A stretch of 64,000 nt of DNA from an uncultured Tangfeifania sp. (lineage in GTDB: Bacteria; Bacteroidota; Bacteroidia; Bacteroidales; Prolixibacteraceae). Of this stretch, positions 9,443-17,544 are shown piece by piece. The stretch covers positions 19,002 to 83,001 of the forward strand of contig CAZDLO010000005.1 of NCBI GenBank assembly GCA_964506325.1, given 5' to 3'. Every line of letters starts with the position of its first letter. Position 1 is the first letter of the stretch. Position numbers and translations under genes: made by a program. The notes beneath the pieces were generated by a model, which had not been told where the DNA came from, did no database searches, and worked only from the letters and a program-made list of their open reading frames with translations.

Positions 9443-9985
9443 ATGGATACCAACAAACAACTAACCTTTAAAATTGCAGATACTCCGGATGAATTTGAAC
9501 AGATTCACCGGATGAACTATTCCACCTTTGTAGATGAGATACCTCAGCACTCCGGTAACCCGCAGCATGTACTGGTAGATAAATTTCATGGAGATTCTAT
9601 TTATGTGATTTGTCTAAATGAGGTTAAAGAGTTGGTAGGTATGATATGTATCAGGGATAAAAGGCCATTTTCCCTTGATGGCAAAATTGAAAACCTGGAC
9701 GAATTGCTTCCAACCGGCAGACAGGTCTGCGAAATACGCCTGCTTTCGGTTAAAAGGGAGTATAGAAATGGCAGGGTGTTTTATGGATTAATTCGTCTTC
9801 TGGGCCAATATTGCCTGGGAAGGGGCTTTGATATGGCAATCATATCAGGAACCACCAGGCAACAAAAATTGTACGGACATCTTGGCTTTAAGGTATTTGC
9901 TGATCCGGTAGGGACCTCGGAAGCCCTTTATTATCCGATGTACCTTACTCTTGAGAATACATTGCCTGAGTTTAAAACCTTTTAA
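9443..9985 (+). CDS. GNAT-fold acyltransferase, N-acyl amino acid synthase (FeeM/NAS)-like
   Basis: The GNAT core is EIRLLSVKREYRNGRVFYGLIRLLGQYCLGRGFDMAIISGTTRQQKLYGHLGFKVF. The N-terminal block FKIADTPDEFEQIHRMNYSTFVDEI resembles NAS and OlsB-type acyltransferases. The subfamily call is tentative. Confidence 0.65.
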   Translation: MDTNKQLTFKIADTPDEFEQIHRMNYSTFVDEIPQHSGNPQHVLVDKFHGDSIYVICLNEVKELVGMICIRDKRPFSLDGKIENLDELLPTGRQVCEIRLLSVKREYRNGRVFYGLIRLLGQYCLGRGFDMAIISGTTRQQKLYGHLGFKVFADPVGTSEALYYPMYLTLENTLPEFKTF

Positions 9986-10126
9986 GGCTGCAATATAAAT
10001 GAGAAGAACTGGTGGTTGAATCACCAAAAAAACTTTACTCACAGCGAAATTTTGCTTTGCTGAAATTAGTGAAGGTTCCTTGATCTTTTATTTCTTTTGA
10101 ACGACCCGTTATTAATTAATACTACA

Positions 10127-11194
10127 ATGATATTTCCGCACGAAACAATCCATTTATTGCCTGGCCCCGTTGAACTGGACCAACAGGTTATCAATGAATT
10201 TACCAAAGTGCCTGTTTCGCACCGGTGTGGCAATTTTAATCAGGATTTTCAATCTCTGAGAGGAAAACTCTGCAAATTGGTTAATTCAAAATATGTGGAA
10301 ATTATGTCGGGCTCAGGCACTTTGGCAAATGATGCGATTGCTGCCCAGTTGTCACGGTACCATGAGAAGGGTTTAATTCTATCCAACGGAGAGTTTGGCA
10401 ACCGGATAATCTCTCAGGCAGAAAGATTTGACCTCGATTTTCTAACCTTTTCTGTCCCCTGGGGAGAGGCATATCCTTTTGAGAATATCAGTGAACTACT
10501 GGAACGCAACCCGCAGATCCAATGGATGTGGGCTGTTCACAGCGAGACTTCTACAGGAGTTCTTAATGATATTGGCAGACTTGGCGAAATCTGCCGGCAA
10601 AATAAAATAAAGCTTTGTCTGGATTGCATCAGTTCTGTCGGCATAGTTCCGGTCGACCTAAGCTCTGTTTTTCTGGTTTCCTGTTCCAGTGGCAAGGCGC
10701 TATGCTCTTTTCCGGGGTTGTCCATGGTCTTTCATAATCACCCCATTGGGATCTCCACTCAGATTCCAAAATACCTGGATCTGGGATTCACGGAAAGTGA
10801 GGATGGAGTTCCTTTCACAATTTCCTCCAACCTGGTTTATGCCTTGCTAAAAGCGGTGGAATCACTATGGGACCAGGAAGCAATTTTTAGCGTAATCAGG
10901 GAGAAATCAGAACTGATGAGAAAGGGATTTCGGTCAACCAATTTCAGGATTGTGAATGATGAGCTTATCTCTTCTCCGGCGCTGATTACCATAGAATTAC
11001 CCGGAGAAGTAAACAGTGTTGAACTTGGCCGATATCTTGAGGGCAGGAATTGCTTTATAAGCTATAACAGTGGCTACCTTGTGAAAAAGAATTGGATACA
11101 AACTTTCATTACAAGAAATACCACCATCGGGGAAATACAACGTTTTATTCTAATCTTCAGTGCTTTAGGCCGATTGAAGCAGATTGATCCATAG
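10127..11194 (+). CDS. Class V PLP-dependent aminotransferase (serine-pyruvate / AEP-pyruvate transaminase-like)
   Basis: Contains LLPGPVELDQQVINEF, IMSGSGTLANDAIAAQL, and CSSGKALCSFPGLSMV (candidate PLP lysine in the SxxK..PGL block). The ATG at 10127 is preferred over the TTG at 10097. Confidence 0.8.
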   Translation: MIFPHETIHLLPGPVELDQQVINEFTKVPVSHRCGNFNQDFQSLRGKLCKLVNSKYVEIMSGSGTLANDAIAAQLSRYHEKGLILSNGEFGNRIISQAERFDLDFLTFSVPWGEAYPFENISELLERNPQIQWMWAVHSETSTGVLNDIGRLGEICRQNKIKLCLDCISSVGIVPVDLSSVFLVSCSSGKALCSFPGLSMVFHNHPIGISTQIPKYLDLGFTESEDGVPFTISSNLVYALLKAVESLWDQEAIFSVIREKSELMRKGFRSTNFRIVNDELISSPALITIELPGEVNSVELGRYLEGRNCFISYNSGYLVKKNWIQTFITRNTTIGEIQRFILIFSALGRLKQIDP

Positions 11195-11453
11195 CAGTCG
11201 AGTACTTTTCGCCCATAAGGAGCAGCTGTTAACATGCTGAAAATGGAATTCCTTACCCATGCTCTCCCATTCGGGTATTTCATCTTGAATAAACGTATAA
11301 ATCCCATGCCGTTTGCATGCTTGTACCAGTAAGAAAGCCTTAAACCTTGCCAGCTTCACTTTGAGGGGAGGCTGGGGTTCCCTCAATTTATTTTCCGAAT
11401 CAGCATTACAGATAAGGACTTCGCCATGGTGAGACATAAGTCCGGTAAAAGAA

Positions 11454-13838
11454 TTACAATGATTTTTTTGCCATCCAGGAGGTTGCAAAAGTTGCAAAGG
11501 CAACAACTGATACAGAGCTTACCGGCATAAGGATAGCGGCAACCACCGGTGACAGCTGACCAGACAAGGCATAGGATAGTCCGACAATGTTGTAAAGGAA
11601 TGAAATGGTAAAACTTATCTTTACAATTCTCAGTGAAAGGTGGGCAAAGCCGATGAAACGGCCAAGCTTTCCAATCTGTGAGGCCTCAACTATTGCATCT
11701 CCAGCCGGTGAGAAGTGGTAGATGTCATCCGCGATTGAAAGTGCCACCTCACTCTGCAGAAATGCTCCGGCATCATTTAACCCATCACCGGTCATAAGAA
11801 CTTTTTTGCCTTTTTGCTGGAGTGTCCGGATAAAGTCCATTTTCTCCTGTGCTTTTTGATTGAAAAACATCTTTGCCGGATCGAAATAGTCTTTTAACTT
11901 CTCCCTTTCCGAGTCATTGTCGCCCGAAAGCAGGTATATGTCAAAGCGGCCTTTAAGTTCTTTCATCAGGGTTTCAAACCCTTCCCGGTACTGATTTTCT
12001 ATGGTAAAGTATCCTTTATTCAGTCCATTGACAGCGAGAAATACACGCGAAGCGTTGTGCACTAACGGTTCTGTAGTCCCGGTGACATACTCCATAGAAC
12101 CCATTTTGATGGATAAGCCATCTGCGGTGCCAAAAATCCCCCTACCGGCTATTTCAACAAATCCGGAAGTTTCTAAGAGTGCCATTGACTGGTATGACCT
12201 GGCAACAGCGTTACTTAGGGGGTGGGTCGACTGCCTGGATATTGAGTAAACGGCATTGATTTCGAGTTCAGACAGTGGCTCTCCAACAAACTGGACTTTA
12301 TTGACATCCGGTTTGGTTATTGTCCCGGTTTTATCGAAAACAATGGTATCGATTTGTTCCATTTTCTCAATAACACTGGTATTCTTAATATAAATTCCCT
12401 TTTTGCCAAAGATGCGCATGGTGCTGCCCAGTGTAAACGGAAGCGACATGGAAAGAGCACACGGACATGCAACAATGAGAACTGAAGTAAAGACTGTAAG
12501 CGCCTTGTGCAGGTTTTCATACCAAAGCCACCATCCCAATCCGGAAAAGGCAATAAAGAGGATTATCAGCGTAAACGACACACTAAGCCTGTCGGTCATG
12601 TTGACCATTGATTTGGTGGAATGGATTTTTTCCTCCTCCTGGTTCCATAATTGAGTAAGATGACTCTGAACGACTGTCTTTTGAACTCGTACTGTAATTG
12701 CACCGCCTGTTTGCCGGCCACCTGCATAGATGAATTCCCCGGTATTTTTCCGGATGGTTGTTGATTCGCCTGTAACAAAACTATAATCAATCAATGCAGT
12801 ACCACCCACCAGAACCGAATCTGCAGGGATCAGTTCCTTGTTCCGGATCAGTAATTCATCGCCAATTGATATCTCTCCGAGCAAAGTACTGATTTCTGCC
12901 CCATCTTCAAGCTTGCTTACTGCTACCGGGAAATAGGACTTATAGTCCCTGTCAAAAGTAAGTGCTTCGTAACTTTTACCCTGGTACCACCTGCCAAGTA
13001 GCAGGAAAAAGAGAAATCCTGCCAGCGAATCGGAATAACCCGGTCCTTTCAAAGTGAAAACATCATAGGTAGTAACCGAGAAAAGTGCAATGATTCCAAT
13101 TGCGATAGGCAGATTGATATTGATGATACCTCTTTTCAGGCTTTGCCAGGCAGAAACGATATAATCGCTGCCACTGTAAAAGACCAGAGGAATCAACAAG
13201 ACATAACTCATGAAATAGAGAAATACTCCGAGAGATTCGCCCAGGGGCTTGTGATTGAGGTATTCCGGAAGGCTGTACAGCATAACATTTCCGAATACAA
13301 ATCCTGCAACGCCAATTTTGTACAATAAGGTTCTGTCGCCAGATGAGTTTTCATTTTTCTCCAGTGACTTCAGTGAAATATCTGGAACATAATTGATTGA
13401 AACCAATAAATCAACGAGTTGGCGCAATGTTATTTCTGCAGTATTGAACGTAATGGTAACTCTCTTCGTAATAAAATTTACAGAGGAATTGATAATTCCC
13501 GGGTTTAATTTATTGAGGTGTTCAAGTAGCCATATGCATGATATGCAGTGAATTACAGGAATATAAAAAGTCGTTTTTCCGATAGAATCTTCCAGGAATT
13601 CAAATAATCTTGCCTTTACTTCATCTTTGTCTAAAAAGGCATATTTGCTGTCATAAGCAAGATCAGTTACTTTGATCCCAGGACTTTTCTCGAGAGAATA
13701 ATACTTTGTCAGCCTATTCTCATGAAGAATCTGGTATACCATACTGCATCCGTCGCAGCAAAATTTCTGTTCTCCTAGCAGAACAGGAGTTTTGCCACAA
13801 TCAGATCCACAATGAATGCATTGGTTGTCAGAGATCAT
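11454..13838 (-). CDS. ccoI: Cu-translocating P1B-type ATPase for cbb3 oxidase assembly (CcoI/FixI)
   Basis: Contains DKTGTIT (phosphorylation site), CPCAL (membrane CPC motif) and GDGLNDAGA. The N-terminus is Cys-rich (CIHCGSDC...CCDGC). The gene lies at the end of the cco cluster. Confidence 0.9.
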   Translation of the reverse strand: MISDNQCIHCGSDCGKTPVLLGEQKFCCDGCSMVYQILHENRLTKYYSLEKSPGIKVTDLAYDSKYAFLDKDEVKARLFEFLEDSIGKTTFYIPVIHCISCIWLLEHLNKLNPGIINSSVNFITKRVTITFNTAEITLRQLVDLLVSINYVPDISLKSLEKNENSSGDRTLLYKIGVAGFVFGNVMLYSLPEYLNHKPLGESLGVFLYFMSYVLLIPLVFYSGSDYIVSAWQSLKRGIININLPIAIGIIALFSVTTYDVFTLKGPGYSDSLAGFLFFLLLGRWYQGKSYEALTFDRDYKSYFPVAVSKLEDGAEISTLLGEISIGDELLIRNKELIPADSVLVGGTALIDYSFVTGESTTIRKNTGEFIYAGGRQTGGAITVRVQKTVVQSHLTQLWNQEEEKIHSTKSMVNMTDRLSVSFTLIILFIAFSGLGWWLWYENLHKALTVFTSVLIVACPCALSMSLPFTLGSTMRIFGKKGIYIKNTSVIEKMEQIDTIVFDKTGTITKPDVNKVQFVGEPLSELEINAVYSISRQSTHPLSNAVARSYQSMALLETSGFVEIAGRGIFGTADGLSIKMGSMEYVTGTTEPLVHNASRVFLAVNGLNKGYFTIENQYREGFETLMKELKGRFDIYLLSGDNDSEREKLKDYFDPAKMFFNQKAQEKMDFIRTLQQKGKKVLMTGDGLNDAGAFLQSEVALSIADDIYHFSPAGDAIVEASQIGKLGRFIGFAHLSLRIVKISFTISFLYNIVGLSYALSGQLSPVVAAILMPVSSVSVVAFATFATSWMAKKSL

Positions 13839-13868
13839 ACTACTTGGCGGATGACGGCATTTGAGGTT

Positions 13869-14633
13869 CTATTCTGATTTGCCGGTTGTTGGCTCACAAC
13901 ATGAATGTTTGACAGCCTCCTGAACGGGCACCTCTTTTAGTTCTATCTTTCTGGCTGGGGTAAGCTTCTCTTTGGGGGGACTCAGGAAGGGTATTCCTAA
14001 TGTTAACCCTCTTAATATGAAAATGATGCCGATGAGTATTACTATTACTGGAACGACTTTGCTGATTTTTTTTCGGACGGCCTGACTTGCGATATTTCCA
14101 AATATTGAAATGGCCAGCAACATCGGCATTGTTCCGAGTCCGAAGAGCGCCATATAAGCTATTCCTTTTAATAAATCGGCAGTTCCGATTGCCCCTGCAA
14201 CCGCCAGGTAGACCAATCCGCATGGAAGAAGCCCGTTGAAAATTCCTATGAGGAAGAGGGCCATCAGGTTTTTACCCTGGAATAACTGCCGCATCCCATT
14301 TCTGATGGGGCGAAATAAGGGGGAAGAGTGGCCAAGAGAATAGTTTTTTAACAATGAAGGGAGTAAAACTGAAAGTATCATCAGAATTCCCATAGTTACC
14401 GAGATAACCTGCTGGTAACCTATTAATTTAAAGCCTTCTCCGATTAAGCCAAACAATGCTCCGATCAAACTGTAGGTTACAATCCTTCCAGCGCTCCACA
14501 GCATGCTTCCCCATATTTTCTGTAGAATTGAATTCCCTCCCAGGGGTAGACTCAGTGCAATGGGTCCGCACATGCCGACGCAGTGAAAACTTCCTGCAAG
14601 GCCTAAAAGGAATGCTGTGATAAGGATATTCAT
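13869..14633 (-). CDS. DsbD_2 / TauE-SafE-type polytopic membrane protein embedded in the cco cluster
   Basis: About 6-7 TM helices. The N-terminal motif is GSFHCVGMCGPIAL. A second conserved Cys lies in NGLLPCGLVY. The hydrophilic C-terminal tail ends HSCCEPTTGKSE. Confidence 0.75.
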   Translation of the reverse strand: MNILITAFLLGLAGSFHCVGMCGPIALSLPLGGNSILQKIWGSMLWSAGRIVTYSLIGALFGLIGEGFKLIGYQQVISVTMGILMILSVLLPSLLKNYSLGHSSPLFRPIRNGMRQLFQGKNLMALFLIGIFNGLLPCGLVYLAVAGAIGTADLLKGIAYMALFGLGTMPMLLAISIFGNIASQAVRKKISKVVPVIVILIGIIFILRGLTLGIPFLSPPKEKLTPARKIELKEVPVQEAVKHSCCEPTTGKSE

Positions 14634-14815
14634 AAGGTTGTATATGATTTAACTAATTGAAAATGAATTCTATTTCCGGATACGGAATTAGAAAGTTGTG
14701 ATTCATACCGTGACCAACTGTTCGATTTATGCAAGGTATCAAAAGAATAATTCAATCAGGCTGACTGCGAAAATAATTGTACAATTCTTTTTAACCCTGA
14801 TTCAGGCAATAATTT

Positions 14816-15262
14816 TTATTCCACATCCAGAGTTTTCTTCACCATGAAATTTTCATTCTTGCTTCCCCATGTGATATACACAAGATAGCGGCCATGAAAG
14901 AGTTTGCTTCTGTCGATTTCGAAGGGAGAATCTGCAGCCCTGAAATTAATTCTTAGATCTTTCCTTTTATCCGACGAGCGGAAGAAATATACCTGAACCG
15001 AATCTCCGTATGCAGCGACACTCTTGCACAGCGAAATCTGTATACTGTTGCCGGAACTGATGATTTGAATACTATCGCCGTAGGCTGATGACCTCTTGTC
15101 AACATTAATCTGGGTGGTAAAGCTGGCCCCTTTCTGGTAATGATCATCTGAGACCAGGTCGTTGTTTTGGCGCAGGGCAAAAAAGACAAAAGAGAATGAC
15201 CAGATGAAAAAGAGAATAAAAAAAAGGATCAGAGCTTTTCCCCAGTTGAGTTTAATCTTCAT
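14816..15262 (-). CDS. ccoH: FixH/CcoH family cbb3 oxidase assembly protein
   Basis: One N-terminal TM helix followed by SDDHYQKG, which is typical of FixH. The gene lies between ccoG and the DsbD_2-like gene. Confidence 0.8.
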   Translation of the reverse strand: MKIKLNWGKALILFFILFFIWSFSFVFFALRQNNDLVSDDHYQKGASFTTQINVDKRSSAYGDSIQIISSGNSIQISLCKSVAAYGDSVQVYFFRSSDKRKDLRINFRAADSPFEIDRSKLFHGRYLVYITWGSKNENFMVKKTLDVE

Positions 15263-15277
15263 TGTTGATTTTTATTA

Positions 15278-16663
15278 TCAAGGTCCCAAAAAGTTTGTGG
15301 TAATTGTTTCTTTCAGTTGATCTCCGCTGTATAACCCAATTTTGAAGGTTGTTTCCTTGCCTGTCAATGCAATTTTTTTCATTTTGACGATCAAGGCTTC
15401 CTTCGTCTTTCCGTTTGGCGGCAAGATTATTTTGCCACCTGCCATGCTTAGTTCCCCGGAAGGGCAATCAATTAACCTGGGTGTCAACTCCAGTGCTTCA
15501 CTGCCCTTGTTCAGGAACATTACCTGGTAAATATTGGAGTAAGTTTCATTATCAAGTTGCTGATAAAGAGTCCCCTGGGCTCTCCACAAAGTGACGTCAA
15601 TGGTTGTTCTGTTGCCAATAGTGAAAATTAATGCAATTACCAATGTCACCAATACCATGGAGTAGGCCACAGAACGTGTATTCAGAAGTGATCGCTTACC
15701 GTTTTCAACCCCCTGGAAGGAGTCGTAGCGTATCAGGTTATGAGGCTTATTGATTTTCCTCATCACCGTATTGCATTCATCAATACAGGCTGCGCAATGG
15801 ATACATTCCAGTTGGGATCCATTACGGATATCTATCCCGGTAGGGCAAACGGCAACGCATTGGCGGCAGTTAATACAGTCTCCGCCTTCACTCACCTTCG
15901 GGTTTCTAGGTTCGCCTCTTTTATAATCATACACGACCGCTATGGAGTTATTGTCCAGCAATACCCCCTGCATACGGCCGTAAGGACAAAACAGGGTACA
16001 AACCTGCTCCCTGAAGTAGGCATAGATCCAATAATAGAACAGTGAGAGCGCCATCATGACCATAAAGCCTGCAATGTGTTCACTTACTGGTTCAGTGATT
16101 ATTTTCATCAACTGGGCGGGCCCGATGACCCACATAAGCAATACATTGGTGAAAAACAGGGAGACTGCCAGGTACAATGCATGCTTGACCAGAGACCTTA
16201 TTTTCAGGGAGGACGGGGAATCCGTTCTTGTTTTGCCTTTTCTGCCGTTGCCGTCGACCAGAAACTCAATTTTCCGGTAAATAAGCTCAAGAAAAAGCGT
16301 TTGAGGGCAGGCCCATCCGCACCATACCCTTCCAAAAACTACGGTAAAAAGTACAATAAATATTACCGCCACAGCCATCACCAGGGCCAGGATATAGGTG
16401 TCCTCGGCAAATACAGTCAGACCAAAAATATAGAATTGCCGGTTGAGTATATCCAGGAGCATAAAGGGATGGCCACCGATTTTGATAAATGGCGCCAGGA
16501 TCAGGAAAATGATCAGGGTGTACCCGACAATATTCCTTCGCTGGTACCATTTACCCTTTGGTTGTTTGGCCCTGATCCATTTTCGCTGACCGGAAGCATC
16601 AATATTATCCGGGCGATCCCGAAAATCCTGGTCATCAGTTTTTTTCATTTTTTTTATTTGCAC
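15278..16663 (-). CDS. ccoG: CcoG/FixG 4Fe-4S ferredoxin-type cbb3 oxidase accessory protein
   Basis: TM helices plus two ferredoxin cysteine clusters, CINCRQCVAVCP and CIHCAACIDEC. An alternative start is MKKTDDQ at 16648. Confidence 0.9.
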   Translation of the reverse strand: MQIKKMKKTDDQDFRDRPDNIDASGQRKWIRAKQPKGKWYQRRNIVGYTLIIFLILAPFIKIGGHPFMLLDILNRQFYIFGLTVFAEDTYILALVMAVAVIFIVLFTVVFGRVWCGWACPQTLFLELIYRKIEFLVDGNGRKGKTRTDSPSSLKIRSLVKHALYLAVSLFFTNVLLMWVIGPAQLMKIITEPVSEHIAGFMVMMALSLFYYWIYAYFREQVCTLFCPYGRMQGVLLDNNSIAVVYDYKRGEPRNPKVSEGGDCINCRQCVAVCPTGIDIRNGSQLECIHCAACIDECNTVMRKINKPHNLIRYDSFQGVENGKRSLLNTRSVAYSMVLVTLVIALIFTIGNRTTIDVTLWRAQGTLYQQLDNETYSNIYQVMFLNKGSEALELTPRLIDCPSGELSMAGGKIILPPNGKTKEALIVKMKKIALTGKETTFKIGLYSGDQLKETITTNFLGP

Positions 16664-17247
16664 TCAACACCTTGAGGTGCTTTGGCATTGGGTGGATTAG
16701 ATCCGGCAAGAGTTCCGAGAATATAGGCAACCAGACTCTTCATCTGGGCTTCTGTCATCATTGCCTTGTAAGGAACCATTCCTTTCTCCGGCACCCCCTC
16801 GCTGATTGTTTTTAACAGGTCGGCGGGTTTACATCCACGAATCCAGAATTTATCAGTCATGTTCGGTCCAATGGCATTGCCTTCACCTTTTAGACCATGA
16901 CAGGCGATACATCCTTTTTCGGTGAACAGTTTCTCGCCCTGCGCATTTAACTCCTTACTGTCAATGGGGATTCCTCCATTTAGATCTCCCTGGTTCTGAC
17001 CATTGGGCATATTTTGAGCCATAGCCATCTGTTGATTGTATTCGCTGATCTGGTCTTTGCCATTGTTGGGATACCCAAAATAATTGACTGCATAATACAA
17101 TGAAAAGCAGATTGTTCCCAGGAAAAGAAAGAGAACCCAGTAAGGTGACGGATTATTCAGTTCCTTTATGCCGTCATACTCATGGTCGGCAAAATACTTG
17201 TCCATTTCCGGATTGTAATCTGTGGTTTTATTATTCTGATAAGTCAT
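16654..17247 (-). CDS. ccoP: cbb3-type cytochrome c oxidase subunit P (mono-haem form)
   Basis: Carries the FixP N-terminal signature DHEYDGIKELNNPSPYWVLFLF and a single haem-c site, CIACHG. Confidence 0.85.
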   Translation of the reverse strand: MTYQNNKTTDYNPEMDKYFADHEYDGIKELNNPSPYWVLFLFLGTICFSLYYAVNYFGYPNNGKDQISEYNQQMAMAQNMPNGQNQGDLNGGIPIDSKELNAQGEKLFTEKGCIACHGLKGEGNAIGPNMTDKFWIRGCKPADLLKTISEGVPEKGMVPYKAMMTEAQMKSLVAYILGTLAGSNPPNAKAPQGVECK

Positions 17248-17365
17248 AACTAATAATTTTCGGAATTATATTGATTAACAATTTAGTTGTAAGCATTTTC
17301 AAAATTTATGAATTACGGCAGTGAGCGTTCGAGACCTTTTCCCTGCACGACATCCAGGAGGAAAT

Positions 17366-17539
17366 CTAAATTTCCTCCTTTTCAAAGATGGATAATTTGT
17401 ATTTGGCCAGGTCCTTTTTTGGAATGGTATAGGTGTGAATGACAACCCCTATAAACAAGCCGATAAACAGGAGGATTCCAATGATATAATACCACTCAAT
17501 TCCATTAATTCCTGACAATGTTTCACTTACAAATCCCAT
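17366..17539 (-). CDS. CcoQ/FixQ-like 57-aa single-TM protein (below the ORF-track cutoff)
   Basis: My translation is MGFVSETLSGINGIEWYYIIGILLFIGLFIGVVIHTYTIPKKDLAKYKLSIFEKEEI*. The ATG lies 5 nt after the ccoNO stop. One TM helix is followed by a charged tail, and the gene sits between ccoNO and ccoP. Confidence 0.55.
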   Translation of the reverse strand: MGFVSETLSGINGIEWYYIIGILLFIGLFIGVVIHTYTIPKKDLAKYKLSIFEKEEI

Positions 17540-17544
17540 AAGTT

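Noticed and set aside
16076-16675. 199-aa plus-strand ORF antisense to ccoG. Similar cases are 15740-16045, 18478-18774 and 19168-19578, antisense to the cco genes.
   Set aside because: It lies entirely inside a well-supported gene on the other strand. The composition is low-complexity and skewed (Gly/Pro/Lys/Gln-rich), and no motif was recognised. This is a typical shadow ORF.
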